Shown here: positions 26,093 to 40,869 of the stretch, one piece after another
Layout of the letters: every line of letters starts with the position of its first letter
Numbering within the stretch: the first letter of the stretch is position 1
Origin: Pocillopora damicornis
Lineage: Eukaryota
Assembly: GCF_003704095.1 (NCBI RefSeq)
Contig: NW_020846166.1
Span: 124,001-188,000 of the forward strand
DNA: 64,000 nt
Direction of reading: 5' to 3'
Position numbers and translations under genes: made by a program
Notes under the pieces: generated by a model
What the model saw: the letters and a program-made list of their open reading frames with translations, nothing else
Told to the model about the DNA's origin: nothing
Databases searched by the model: none

Positions 26093-29000
26093 ATGGAATT
26101 CAGACCAACCTTGTTAGCCGCCTTCAGTCTTGCCTTAATGTTGGATTTCGTCAAGAGCGAGGATCCAATGTAAGTATTTTTTTGATGTCTTACATATTAA
26201 ACCTCATCTGCTTTGAGAGGTTTATTTCATTCAAATGTTTTACTTTGCATTTCAGTTGTAAAAACATGATAAGTGTTTCACTTACAAATCCCCTTAACAG
26301 TGTGCGTGCACGCTAGTTTTTGAACATAGTAACTCGTCACAGAAAACCCGTCAAGAAAGAAATTTTATCAGCGCACATACGTCTGAGTGTCTGTTTGTTA
26401 GTCCACGATCGTTATCTTTCCTTTAGACCAAGGGTAGAAGTGCACTTTGATTCTTCGAAAAAGCGCTTTATCCTTGCAGTTATCATCTCGATCGGGGAAG
26501 TTTACAAAATTTTCGTACAGCTGCCGCTCGAAGCAATGCAAGGATTGTGCAAGTTTAGAATAGTCTTGTGCTTAGCTAATTTCTCTACTTCAATCGAGGT
26601 GATGAAAACACCCTACATATAACACCACGCCTTCTCTTGTATCTGTTTCAGTTCAAAATAAATCAGCCACCTGCACTCCAAATAAAATAGTTTTTTAAAC
26701 AGAGAAAACAGCATCTATCTTTAAACGAAAAACCGTAGTCGTCTTCTTTTGGTATTCGTTACAACAATATAAAGTATAAAACCCGATGGATATTTTGTTA
26801 AGTGCCATTATCGATAAGAAATTTCGAAAACGCATTTTCCACATATTAAACCTTTTTGCTTTTGTGCGAGGTATTGAATTAACCTATGAGCAAACGGAAT
26901 TATTTCTCTCAGGGAAAAGTACAAGAAAACGATGGAAGAGGCATACAATTTATCGGTGGCGATCAACAACAATTTGAAGAATTACGATAGAAAGTTGCGG
27001 CCTAATGCTGGGGGTAAGCGTTGAATTTGTATTTGAATTTTTAACTTTGAATTAGTACATGGTAGTTTACTTCACCTCGAATATATTCAACCATGCATGC
27101 ATTTCTCATCTTGTATCTTCGCCCTCTTATTGAAGCTTTCTTGATTTACAAACTGCTGAGAATACAGACAAGTCTTTTGTAAGATTTTAACTCCACATAT
27201 CATCTGAATTGAGAATAAAATTTATCATTTGCTAAATATTCGTGCAGGAGAGCCGGTCATGGTCCAAGTAGAGTTCAAAGTTATTTCATTCGGTGAAATT
27301 AAGGAGGTGAACATGGTGAGTTGTTGTTGACTTTAAAGTTTCTCCATTGAGGATAAGATAGTCTGTTCTGATTGCTACGCGTTGCAATGTCAGTATTATA
27401 TTTCTGTAGCATTTATCTTCCGCGCCTTTATTTTGCCCTTCCGCCATTTTTGAACTCAGTGGTTCGTCTTTCATAGCATCGGATTACATTGTAAGCAAAT
27501 CACCGGTCAATGGATATTTTCTAGTATACAACCCAAACTTAAAAATATGCATGAACCACTTTTGTAAAACAGCCTTGAGATAACGTACCTGTATGGTACA
27601 AGTTCTTGAGGGTCGGCACAACTTGGGATATCGACTCGTATCGATTTCTTCGACGTAGGATATTCTTTGTTGGTAAGTGGATACCAGTGGAAATCCTGAG
27701 CCGTGGAATTTGCTAGTAAAGACAGTTCGTCGCGAAAACATACACAATGCGAGATATACATACCATAAGCAAAAGCAACTTGGTAAGAATTGTCCTCAGA
27801 AAGAGATCCATAAGGGGCACTTCTTCTCTCAGCTTTGGTCTCTCTCACTTTCAAGTCATAAAGCAAACAGGCAAACAGAAACTATGTTACACTCCGTTTA
27901 TTGACCGGCTGTAAGAGAGCACATCAAGAGCTAAAAAACTATATCATGTTTAAGTAATATAGGGCCGAATGACATGTACAAAGGAACTAAACAACGAAAA
28001 GTTGATAGAATCAGTAGGTCATTTGACTGAAAATGAAAAAAAAAGGTTAAATAGAATATGATTTTAAAATAGCATCCAAATGTTAATTTATTTTCTATAA
28101 ATTTTATCAAAGAGGAGCGGTTTCACTTCAAACTACTGATGGTGGTGTTTATAACAAATTTTAGGAGTACAGCATGGACATATTCTTCCGCCAGTGGTGG
28201 AAAGATCCCCGAATGAGGCATAATTCTACTACTCCATTTAACATGGCGTTTGACCCAACAAATGTCTTCTGGACACCGGATACTTATTTCTGGAATGTTA
28301 AACATGCAAAATATCACTACGTTACCAGAGAAAACATGCGGGTCAGAATTTCTGCAGATGGAGAGATATACTTCAGTACGAGGTGCACATAGAGTTTTTG
28401 TTCATTATTTATCAGAACACGTGTTTTTTGTTAAGGGCTATACGTATACATTGTCAAAATTAATTTTGAATTTTTTTGGAAGGCAGTTATTATCGTGTCG
28501 AAGGAAGAAGGCAAAGTCTGTTCTTAAGCCCGGTGGCCCTCACTACGTAGCAGCTAATTCCTGTTACCATCGCATGAAGCGGCTGGGATTATTTTTTTCC
28601 CAGTGGATAGTGTGCTAGTCCATACATCGAAGCTAAGCCCCTCACGCGGTTTTTTTTTAAGGAGGGGGAGGGAGGGGGTAGATAGGGTTTTTGCAGTTGA
28701 CTGGTTGTGGGATAATCACAATTTATCCTCAGAGTTGTGTCAGGTTTTCCTGAAAATTTACCAGCATTTTGTTACGCTCTTTATTCACCCTGGGTGAATA
28801 AAGTATCTTTCTCAAGAACACAACTTTACGACTTATTAAATTGCAAAGGGCGATTGAAAAGTGACAACATGACGATCTCAGCCAAGGCTTGATGATGTCA
28901 ATACTTCCAAGACGAGGAGTAGGAAGAGAAAAGTCCAAATTAAAGAAACACGTTTTTCATCACACAAAGGTTCAACTGATGAGATGAAAAGTTGGCTTTT

Positions 29001-31529
29001 GAGCGCTCTCAGTATAGTCGGTCGGAGCGCAGGAAAACTTTTTATATCCACGTCCAACAAACTCCTTTTTTATTTTCTCTAATATTATGTTCTGTTGCAA
29101 CACCCAGAGGAAAAAGTTTACTTGGTACAATATCTATGTTATTTGTTTTGTTAGGATAACGATTGTGGCTCAATGTGACATGGATCTGCGCCTGTATCCA
29201 ATGGATACCCAACACTGTGCATTGAGACTCGAGAGCTGTAAGTATGGAAATGGACCAGGTGCAGAGTAGCGGAAAATTTGCTCCTTAACTTTCGCTACTG
29301 CGAAGTGTTTAATTTTTTCCATTTGACAGTCAGACTATTGTTACAGTGCTGAGTTTCTTCTGATGATTTATGTGAATTTTTTTTTTTTACTATTTTGTCC
29401 CTTATGGGGCTTATAGCAAACTTCGGGTCGAAATATCAAAGGTAATCACGTAAGATAATTAAGCAAAATGAGTCAGATAGTGAGGAATCGAAAAAATTAT
29501 AAAAGATAACATTAGACTGCCTTAATCTTAAGGAAACGCGCACACCAGATAGCAAGTGGTTTTCTTTTGTTTCTAAATTGATGAAAGTGTATTCACGAGG
29601 CTCAAGCGAAACATATGCAAAAATGCAGTACGAATCTTCCTTTCACCGATTGCAGTTCTCGCCGATTGTGGTTCTAAAAAAATTACCCGGCCAATCCTGT
29701 TTCTCTGTTTCTCCTCAGATGCCCACACAGTGGCAGACGTAGACTATAAGTGGAAAATTGGTAAAAATAAAGGGATCGAGATTGTCTCCTCAGAGTTGGC
29801 TCAGTTTGATCTTCTTCGCGTTGTGACTGAGAATAAAGCAAGCACTAATAGCAAAGGTGAGATAACACATGTATTCTTGGCGCATATCCCCTTATTACCT
29901 TAACTTTTCCCAGTGAGGACCGAGGGGAAGGGGAGGGGGAGGGAGGGTCTAGCCTTCTCAGCTTATCATTGCATCCTCTGCGTGAAATACCCAGCCAGGA
30001 AGTCTGCTTCTACCATATGCGAGACAGTGGCTTCTCTTTACCCACCCAAAAATCTCTTTTAGTGCTAAGCTCTAATCTATGACAAACCATTTTCCACTGT
30101 TTAACTTATAAAGAAACTAAACTTGTGATATTTGCTCTCTATCCTTAAAAATCTTGAATCGGTATATTGGAATTTTATCAATGGCCGCATGGTTACTTAA
30201 CGCATATTTGACTCATTCGAATAGGTCTCTATAGTGCCTCACGTATTCCACGAGTAACAAAGTTACTGATCCTCTGTTATTCCTTTTCCACTTCAAACAA
30301 CTCTGTTATTTCTAACTATTTTAAGTATTTTAAGTATAAAACAGAAGTACACTTAAATGGCGTCCATGGTTTTCTTCGCTCAGGTTCATTTGCCAAATTA
30401 GTAGCGGTGTTCTCCTTCAGACGTCGTCTTGATTATTACATTTCATCCGTGTACGTACCGGAAGTCATCTTGGTAGTGTTGTCATGGTGCACGTTTTTCA
30501 TCACACCCTCAGCTGTTCCGGCAAGAATATCTCTCAGTATCACAACTATTCTGACCACCATCCTACTATCCAGCACCTTAAATTCAAATATTCCAAAGGT
30601 AAAACGCACGGAAATTGCTTACTCGGGGCTGTTATTTAACCGTGTTCTGACCCATGCTCATCGAGACGTTGATTTTTACCAACAATGTCAAGTATGCTTA
30701 TCGCTAGCACGAGAAAAGAATGATTCATCTCAAAAAGATATGCATAAAACATTTCTATGACAATCGTACATCTTTAAATAAACCTCGTTCAATAACTGGC
30801 CTTTAGCATCTAGAAGTTAAGCCCTAGAAAATGTTAGATCATACGACCAAGGGTGTGTGTCGGACGAAAGTCGTTCCCAGGCTGTAGTAATTGTTAAACT
30901 GTTACTTTTAAATTTTAGGTCAGTTACATGAAAGCCGTAGACTACTTTATGCTAACGTCCTTCGGCTTTATCTTCACGGCTCTGGTGGAATATATTATTG
31001 TGCTGAACACCCCTGAGGCATTTTCAGATAGTTTCAACTGCTTCGAGAAAAAGCAGAAGAATGAACCAGTTCAAGTTCAGGTAACTTCTGTTCAATGCTG
31101 TCCTTGAAATAACACCAACGAGTTAACTCATTGGCATAAATTCGGGGTCAGACAGTTTTATTGTGATCTTGCGTTACAAACTTCGTCTTACGCAAGCTAG
31201 ATCCCCGGATTCTTCTTTTGCTGCCGTTTTGAAAAAAGCTTTTATCTAGCACGTGTAAGGAGGAAGGATTGGCACATTTTGTCCTTGTGCATAGTTTATG
31301 ACCTGTTTAGTAAAAATTGTGCTTATTGCAGGACGGACCAGAGGAGTTGATTCTTAAAATCAATGCCTCCCCGAAGATGCTGGACCTGAGCAAGCCCAGG
31401 AAACCTCCTGAAACTAAACCGAGCCCTCCCAAGGATCACTGGGTCGACAAATGTTCCCGTATCCTTTTCCCCGCGTTTTACGCTCTCTTCCTCATGGCAT
31501 ATGTCATACATTACAAGAGAAAAGAGTGA
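26093..31529 (+). CDS. Cys-loop ligand-gated anion channel subunit A (GABA-A/glycine receptor-like, putative glutamate-gated chloride channel), about 419 aa
   Basis: Nine GT-AG exons: 26093-26169, 26913-27013, 27248-27315, 28165-28382, 29155-29237, 29719-29856, 30384-30598, 30919-31080, 31332-31529. Signal peptide, YDRKLRP, WTPDTYF, Cys-loop CDMDLRLYPMDTQHC, M2 PARISLSITTILT, PKVSYMKAVD, M4 VDKCSRILFP. Confidence 0.93.
28520..28825 (+). mobile_element. Degenerate SINE-like interspersed repeat in an intron of subunit A
   Basis: catgaagcggctggga...gtgctagtccat...caccctgggtg...aagtatctttctcaagaacacaac resembles a common anthozoan SINE body (recognition only). Confidence 0.4.
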
Positions 31530-33703
31530 GGGAAGGCTCCTGGGACTGGTCGTCTAATGGAATGTTGTCAGTCCAGGAGTAATTCGTGGTTATCTGTCTT
31601 CATAACTATACGGAGTACTCTTTAATTATTTAAACAAATCAGCATTACTTTGCAGTCATATTCGAATCTTACAGCTTACAGTCTTCGCGACGTAAAATGA
31701 CGCGAAGAATCATTACTGCTACGCGAAAGTTTGAAAGTTTGCATTATCTGTTCATATACATATGATATGCAATATTTATTTTGGTAGCTGAATTGAATTG
31801 CGTCGAGGCTTGCGCTCTTGTATGAAAAACTCAGGTAAAAATTGTACGTGCTCTGATGACAAACTGCAGCCTTTGCAAGTGCAAGTGCGACAATGCTAAT
31901 ACAGTGTACAATGAATATATAATTATTGTAATAAAATGATTAGAGTAATATTACTCCTATCAATAAGGAGAAATGTTCGGGAAATCGGCCAGAAAAACTT
32001 GAAAATGATGGTTATGGCCGCCGTGAATAGATTATGCAAATTTCAGCTGATCTTAATTAGGCGAGAATGCGACCTTTGGAATCAACGTAAAAAGAGCTGT
32101 CGAAGATCTTATTCCTCTCGCAAAGCAACGTTGAAATCCTCCGTTCGTCTTCAATCATAAATATCTTAAATTCAACAACGAACTGCTTCTTTTAAGAGCT
32201 TCGAAAAAACCTCTGCCTTTTGGAGAGTGGGAGTTGAAACAATTTTTTTTTCAGTAGCTTAACATATATTTAACACTAGTCTTGGTTTCTCTCGACATTC
32301 GTAAAACAGCTTTAAGCCCTTCAATATATTGAAGGACCTCTCCCAAATCAATAGCTCCAAAATAAGCATATACTCCATATACGTAACACTAAATTTACCT
32401 ACTGAGTGGGTTTATGTGTCCATCGTAATGATGCGGTAAGAACCAAATAAACTAAATTCATATCTGTTATTATCGCTGCCCAAACTCTCCTTATCATGTT
32501 ATCAATAAGGACTATTTAAACCAAATGATATTTAAAACTTCATCAATCGCAAATCTACTGACTATTGTCGTATTTACAAACCAAGACCGTTGGCTGGCAA
32601 ATCAATTTTTATTAATGTCATGTTTTTTTTTTTGTTAACATGATAAGAATTCGTGCGCTTTTCTTCAACTGAGCATACTGTAATAATTACATCAGGAAGA
32701 AGCCATCTATTTATCATGAATACATATCTTGATTAATGATTCATCTTATAAAGAGTAGAAAGTCTAGGATAGATACTTATTGAAATTGTTTATAAAAGGG
32801 TTAAAAAGGCAGGAACAATAATGTCAATTCCTTTACTCGAGGAGATGATTTGGTATTTTATCTTTGCTCTTTTTAAGCTTATCCAGAACACCGTGAACTA
32901 AGTGAAACCCCTTTCATCATCTTTCTTCCAGGATGACAATCTACACCATACGTAGAGAGTCTTTTTATCAGCAATGAACTTTTCGGGTACTTTTTTATCA
33001 TTTAAAGATACGTTTGTCACCAATGATTATTCAAAAAAGAGCTCAGGAGGTAGGATCTATAACATTAATCGCTTTTCTTGAGAAACCCAATTTTCTTTTA
33101 CATTGAATGAAAAAAATTGGATTCCTTAAGTTAGCCCTGCATCATAAATTATCAGTCCAGGCCCCCTACATCAAAATTGCCTTTTTCTATCAATCCCCCA
33201 ATATTCTTCTATAAACCATATCAGATTCTCCGTGTTAGACACTAAATTTAAAGTAGGACACTCATCACACGCAAAGAAACTCTTTGTCCCTCGCTTTTAA
33301 GAGTTCTAATTGTCTTATCAATTGTAGTGGAAAGAAAGGTAGACGAGCGGATTGGCTAATATCAGTATGATAACTATTCTGATTCCCAATAGAAACCTTA
33401 GCCAGGGTGACCAGGGATTTGCTTCGAAATCCAGATGGGAATCTAAGTTTTTCTCAAGAGTGTTTTACCCTAAATTCGTGCTTTTTGAAACTGCATCGTA
33501 AAACTCGTTTTTCAAAATCGGCATTGTTTTAATCGGTTGGTTTTTGTGCTTTGTACGTCAAAGTGGGCCGATTCTGATACAGAAGGAATTATCGACTTTT
33601 ATCTCATATCTACAGTTGTTCAAAAATGAATGGAAAGAAATTTCTTCACATTTTATAGATAAATATCGTTGAAGACTCCACCGTAACTTTCTTGTTGAAT
33701 TCT

Positions 33704-36700
33704 CTAGTCCAACACATGTCCCTTGGAGTCGCTCTCCTCCCTGAGCGCACTGTAGTATATGGTGTACGCGACGAGAAATGTGACGTACAAAGTTGGGAAG
33801 AGGAATCTTGACAATCGGTCGATCCAGTGCGCCTTAGTTTTTGTTGCTACTGGCGGCGTTAAGGGAAGTTGCTGTTTTGGTTGTGGCTTCAGCTTGATAT
33901 TTCCCTTGTTATTCCTGATTCTACAAACTCCTTCATCCATCACTTGCACAATCAGATCAACACTTCCCTTGCTGTGTGCCTACAAAGAAGAGAAATCTTT
34001 CTTTACACTTTGATCACCGGGATTTTTGGTCATTGGGATTATCACAACCAGGAAATGTGGTGTCAGCTTATATAAAGTGATACATAAAGCGCTATGATTG
34101 GATTATATGAGGAAAAAAAACATTTGACGGCCAGAAATACATCGACATGACCAAGCTTTGAAAGCCTTCAAGGCTAGCTCAAGAGTTTCCTTCTACTATT
34201 CTTTTAATCCCTTCATAAGGAAATTGTTTCCAGCCACCTGATTGATAAACAGAGCTCATTAGAGACCAAAAAAGCCCACAAATTACTTCAACAAAAAAGT
34301 CCACGTTGGAAAGTCTGGGAGTAAAATTACAAAATATTTGAAACTTCCGACAACCTGATCTTACGTAACGAATGATAATAGGAATCCTCTGTACATCTGC
34401 CAAACTGAGGGCAATTACAAATTATTCAGCCGTGCCGTAACCGTTCAATAGAGAGATAAGAGAAAATAGTCGTTTTTAAATGATTAAAGTTGAGGATAAT
34501 CTTTTCTCTCTACCACTTACTTCACATTCCATTGCAATTTCCTTTTTGTCTCCTCTTTTGTCCTTCTTGAACCAGGAAGGTGGAGAAAACACTGGACTGG
34601 TGTTGAGGACGATGATGAATTCGATTAAGGCGGCGAAGATGAAGCCAAAAGAGGTCAGCAAGAAATAATCAACGGCTTTCATGTAGCTGACCTTAGGCAT
34701 GTCTCTGTTAACGTTGCCTTTGAGTAGAATGGAGGTTAAAATAGTGGTGATACTCAAAGCCACTCTGGCAGGAACAGCTGAAGGGGAGATGAAGAAGCAA
34801 CACCACGACAAAACAACCAGGACTACTGCTGGGACAAATATGGCAGAAACAAAGCTCTCTGTGCGCCGTCGAAATGAAAACACCGCCTTGAGACTTGCGA
34901 AGGAACCTAAGAATGTTTGTAGGAAAGAGAGTCGTTTGATACACACTCGGGCTTCGCTACAATTCTCTAAAATTGGTGCATTTCTTCGTTTGGTCTTTAG
35001 TCTGTTAGCTAGCATTATTTGGCACAGTGAAGAGAGCCAAACTTAATTACTTAAGCCTCGCCCTCCTATTCAAAGTACTTTTTTTTATCTCCTCATGTCG
35101 TTCTCCTCAGGGAACTCGTTGGTGAAATAAACGTTCCAAAGAATAGTTGTTAAACTTGAATTTCTACTTTTCAATTTCTCAAGCGCAAATCAACGTTTTA
35201 TCTCAACTTTTGCGAATTGGATCACTCCTCGGTCCAGTTCTGAGGATGATCCTATATTTATGTCTTGAAAAGCCCCCTTATCTGTATCATTTTTCGTCCA
35301 GTTATGTAAAAGATGTTGTAAGAAAGAATTTGTGAGAGATAAAGTACGGTTAGTCTCACCTTGTTGCCTCGAGTATTATTTATACTATCTAAAAATTACA
35401 TTAGCCTCAAAATAAAACGAAAAAGAAAACTCTGTACAACGAAGAAAAAGTACAGGAAGAAAGTTTCTAGAGAAACCTCATTATTACACTGGTTTGATAC
35501 CAAGTGAAGCTCGTTGCTTTTGTTCGTACAGATATGAGAATTACGGCCATTCCACTAAGTTATACCGTCCACTAAATTTTGCTCATGATTTTATCCGCTT
35601 TATTTTTAAAACTCACCTTTACTGTTCGTCTGCGACTTGGTGTAAGTTTTAACATCAGTCAGATCAAACTGAGCCATTTCCTTCGACACTATCTCTACAC
35701 TTTGTTTATCTCCTCCCTTCCAGCGGTAATCAACATCTGCTGTCGTATACGCATCTAGAATGAGACGAAATAAAAAAAAAGTAAAAAGAATCACAGTGGA
35801 CTTTGGCACAGTCCAGTTGATCTGTACGGATTCGATTCGTATCAGAAGAACTGTAGGACAAATTTCCACATATAACAATTGTCATAAAGAGAGAAATGGC
35901 TCGGGAAGCCGCACTAGCATGCAGGAAGTTGCATGTGTTCCAAAATTACTTCGGATTATGTGGTTTGTTAACAAAAAATCTTGTCTTTGGTTGCTGTGCC
36001 GTTGAATACTTACAGCTTTCTATGATAAGAGGACAATACTGAGTGTCCATTGGGTAAAGGTGCAAATCCATATCACATTGAGCTGTTAGTGTTATCCTGG
36101 GAGAACAATAACAGAAAAGGTCTCAAATAACAATGTTGATCCTTCTGCTCTAAGGAGCGACCCAAAAGTACTTTCTCCTTACAAAATCAGTACAAGTTTA
36201 TGTAAAAGAGAACTGAGGGGAAAAGAAAGGTATTGACACGGGGACATCATTCGATTAAACTCCAAACTTAAAGGCTAAAATAAAAGTTAATGAAGAGGTT
36301 TGGCAGATAGAGCGGGAGTTGAAAGAGTGTATTTAGATCTTGCGATTAAAATTGAGGCGGACATAGAATGAACTTTTTCAAGACTGAAATGAAATAGTTT
36401 TGAAACTTTCTCTAAGAAAAAGATGCAGAATCGTCAGATCATCGTTGCTGCGAGTTGGAATTATTTTTCTTTTGTTTTTATTAGTGCAAATTTACCTTGT
36501 GCTGTAATAAATCTCCCCATCGGGCGATATTTTCACTCTCATATTCTCTCGGGTGACGAAATGATATTTAGCATCTTTTACATTCCAGAAGTACGTATCT
36601 GGAGTCCAGAAAAGCTTTGTGGGATCCGCTGCCATATTGAACGGTTTACTATAATTATTCTTAAACCTTGGATCATGCCACCATTGTCGCATAAAAATGT

Positions 36701-37767
36701 CCATCGAGTACTCCTAAAAGACAAAGAACGTACACTTCACTTTTCAATCAAGACTTTTTGGGAGCAAGATTTTCTTATTCCCATAAATCATGCTTTTGTT
36801 GTATCGAAAAAGCATAAATTGTTCCTTGATTTAAATCAGGAGTGGCTGATGTCATGGTTAGTTACCTGGGGATTTAGTCGCTTTTAGCTTCCTCGGCTTA
36901 GGTTTACTTGTTTACTCGGTAAAATGGTGATCAGTTTTCTTCACCTACAGGAATACGTTATATTATAAACTTAACTTAAATGCACGATCTTTGGATCTGC
37001 TGTTATGTAATTTAGGCCCTTAAGTCAAAATATGCGACCCTAGTGAGGATAATACAGGCATACCATATTAGCTTCCTTGATTTCTCCAAAGGATATGACT
37101 TTAAATTCTATCTTCACGATGACAGGAGGTCCCCCTGCATTTGGCCTGACTTTCTTGTCATAACCGGTTAGACTACGGTTTATCGAGCGCGACAAGTTAT
37201 AAGCTTCAATCATGCTACTTCTCACTTCGCTTGTAATTCTGAAATCAATAAAAAATAATTTTTCAGGAACATTCTTACCTACGAAGGTAACAATTTATTA
37301 CACCTGGTCTCAGTGAACCTGATAAAGGACCAAATCCTCTGAGAACTTCAATAATATTTTCCGTAAGCACTGTAGCAAATTTTATAATCCCAAATAGCCT
37401 CTAGGAAAGTGTTCTTGTACATTCTGATGATAAATAACTATTAGTTGCGTACATTTCCGTGTTAAGAGAATCAATATTCATTATGCTAATATGCTTAAAC
37501 TTATTCTTTTAAATAATTGAGTTTGGTATTTTTCATAAGCCTACAGTGTACTATTTAGCTGCTAAACTAATTTTGAGGCGGTGTGGTACTCTGCAAGCAT
37601 ATTTATCTTTGTCATAAAAGCTAATAGAAAACTATTTTATTTTCAAAAACGAGAATTATAGGACGAGGTAGATTCATCCTTAAGACTTACTCTTTACCAA
37701 GCCCGTAAGCAACAAGACTGAGGCACATCAGAAGAGCTGCAGCTATTCGAAGACATGAGGTTGCCAT
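33704..37767 (-). CDS. Cys-loop ligand-gated anion channel subunit B, about 450 aa
   Basis: Seven exons: 37691-37767, 37064-37238, 36496-36713, 36014-36096, 35617-35754, 34521-34906, 33704-33979. Cys-loop CDMDLHLYPMDTQYC, M2 PARVALSITTILT, M4 IDRLSRFLFP. Confidence 0.93.
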
Positions 37768-39169
37768 CACGGATATGTCACTGCAATGAGTAGAAAGATG
37801 TGAACAACCTTTTCTATCAAGCAAATTGTTTGCGTTCGAAATTTCGTTTGTTCAAGTTATATATTAGTTAACTACCTATTTTGGTTATTTTGAAACTTTT
37901 CTCATTAGTTTGAAACTCCTAAAAATATTCTTCAGATGGATGAAATGTATTTTCTCGTGTGTAAGCCATTTTTTAACCTTTGTCTTGGCTACGGAGGCAG
38001 CTAATGAGCCACTTCGTATGATAGCGTCCCAAATTTTTTCTTTTTGTATTCTGTGGTATTGGGACGAGGGAAATAACTTTTAAGTTTCTTCTTATTTTTC
38101 TTTATATAATCCTGAAATTACTTCTAATACTTACATAATTGATTGAACCAGAAAATCAGTCAAGATTTACGGTAACTGTAACAGCAAAGCTTTCCTCATC
38201 TATGATTTCTCGGACTAAAAACTATCGATGAATGGGGTATTTTCGTCGTTTCTTCTAATTCTAAATGTTGCCAATTATCAAGGTGAGTATATCCCCTGGA
38301 GATATATTTACGTTTTTGTATTTATCTGGAAATTTCCACCTGCTTTTAACCCGCAGCAACGCGGATGGGGTATCTGTGGTCTCCCTTTGAAAACAACTTC
38401 CTTTCTTTAACACTTTTGTTGATAATATTGCTTTGTGTTAGATAAGGTATGGTTATAATCGAGCGTTTGGGTGCTGCAGTAATAAATTTAAAATTTATTT
38501 TGCTAATGTTATCTTTATTTCTGTCTATGGATATCTTGATAAGAGATAAAACAAAATCGCGGCTACAGGTTTTGAATACGATGCGGGTTTGCGGGATATC
38601 AAACAATAACTGTGAGCTTCAGTGTTATTGTTTGGCAATCATGCTAAATGTTTCGTGCACGTCTTGAAAGCGTCTGCTGCGTCTTTTGCTAAAAAAATTG
38701 ATTTAACGCCAAAAAAAAAAAAAAACATAAAGGCAATTTTAATGACAAGACAAGAACTAACGTGGGGCTAAAAGGTAACATCGATTTCAAGCTGAAAGAC
38801 AGTGAAGATGAAATATGAAATCAAAGTTCAAAGCCTTTATTAAATACCTGTGAACTTGCTTCTCTCTTTCAGTTCCAAAAACTCATTTCATTTGTTTACA
38901 ACTCTTTATCAGGCTGGCAACCGTGCTCAGTGCCCGCACAATCCACTATACATTCCAAAACGAAAATAATAGAAAATGACATATCTATCTAAGATTGTTT
39001 CTTTCGAATTGAGCACAAAATTACCTCTGTTCTTGATTATGTCAGCTAACTTTAAAACTTGTGCATTTTTTGCTTTTAATTTACTTATATAACACAAGAT
39101 GAGCCGTTCCATCATTTTTTCATCACAACCTCATCTCAAAAGTGTCCTACATTTGCATCTCCACATCCC

Positions 39170-39228
39170 CAGCCACACCATGCTGATAAGGCCTAATATG
39201 GCCGAAAGAAACGGTTGTCTCTGGCTGC
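39170..39228 (+). ncRNA. Degenerate hammerhead-ribozyme-like motif
   Basis: CAGCCA...CTGATAA-GGCC-TAATAT-GGCC-GAAA...GTC-TCTGGCTG. Stem II is perfect and the flanks pair (CAGCCA/TGGCTG), but core G8 is mutated to A and GAAA is duplicated. Confidence 0.5.
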
Positions 39229-40869
39229 GAACTTGGTGCCTTACGTTGTATATCTCACTCTTTTAAATAGCGGCGTTGAAATACCACCAGCATTGTGGCG
39301 TTTCTGTGCATTTTATGGCTCGTCATCATCATCATTTTGTACTTTTTACTTTGGAATAGCTCATGGAGATCTATTTGTTTGGAAGTTTTTAATGATACTA
39401 AAAATAAATCCTCTTTGTTTCTCTATTTTCAATCCTTTTTTAACTTCTAGCGCACTCTTTAATAGCTTAATATATATTCTGCGTGAAACTATCTCTAAAA
39501 TGTAAACCACTTCATTAAAGAAGGGAATTCAATCGATTGACATAAAACAAACACAATAAATTCAACATTGAGAGTTTTCTTCATATATGCAAATTACAAT
39601 TGTAAGGAAATCTGTTTTCTAGCAAACACAAACCGATTAAATAACTGAAAACACGCTTTAATGTCACATTATGTTCCTGTTGTAAACTGATGACAAATTA
39701 TTTTTATCTAAATCAAGAAGAAAATAATGCTCAACACAATGAGGCATACTCATTCCGCGAGATTAGCATTTCTGTGCAAAAAGTCTGATACCCAACAGAG
39801 ACGAAAAAGTTCCAGAAAAATGGATATTTTGAAATGAAAACACTGAAAGTTAGTAGCAAACCTAAGAGTCTTTTAATCGGTGCGTAAATACCTTGACGAA
39901 GTCTTAGGCAGATAGAGATGTACCTTATATTCTCAATGCAAGGTTTGCCTCTAGTAAAAATAAGCGTTTTTGGCATAGAAGGTATCCGCAAAATATATTT
40001 TGTCTATTTTTAACCTGTCTATTTTAATACGTGTAATGGTTCGGCCACATATATATATGTATAATTCAAACGGTTTTTAACTTGCCTCAGAAATTAGAAT
40101 ATAGTTACTTCTATGTTGGCTAAGCACTGAGGAAACTTAAACGAAGAAATCAAGCAAGTATTTGGCCGCGTACGTTCAGCAATCGCTATGTGGCCCTTGG
40201 TTATCTCGGTCGCGAGAAAACATGTCAGTAGTCGTTTGCACCTACATTGCAGATAAATGAAGCAAAATCTACCAAACCATTTAATAGATTTTTAAGAGGA
40301 TACCGTCATTATTTTCAGTTCTATGTAGAGCCTACTCGCTTATGTTGTTGAATATTCTATCAAATACCGGCTGATTGAAAACAGATTTTAATCAAAGGGG
40401 TTGGATTTTTTATTGATAGAGATGAGAACCGACGACGAAAAACATTATATCTAAGGTAATACCCTAAATTAATATTATAGCTTGAAGTTTTGAGATGCGT
40501 CTTATATTGTAAACGAACAAAGCAATTATTCATGAAATCCTTACCTCGGTTTCAAGCGCTCAGAGATTTCCTTTTGTAAACCAAAATCTCGCTTCAGTCC
40601 GCTTGTGCCAGTCTTTACCGTTTCAAACCATTACTATACAGTTGGACATGATTAACTAATTTCATTTTACCCGAGGAACAGTTTGAGAAGAGCTGTTTGT
40701 TGATAAATCTCGTAGAACACTATTAAGCTGGAAGCATCGATAGTGTAGTCTCAGGAGACAGTGAATAATTTATGCGATTCGATAATCGACTCAGCCTACA
40801 TGATACAAATTCCCCTATCACCTGCAGCTGCTACCGAGTAATACCAATTGGTCTGATATCAAAAATTAT

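Noticed and set aside
34699-35046. 115-aa plus-strand ORF, and similar ORFs at 36423-36887, 61780-62094 and 2705-2890
   Set aside because: Antisense shadows of real channel or FN3 exons, with no independent coding features.
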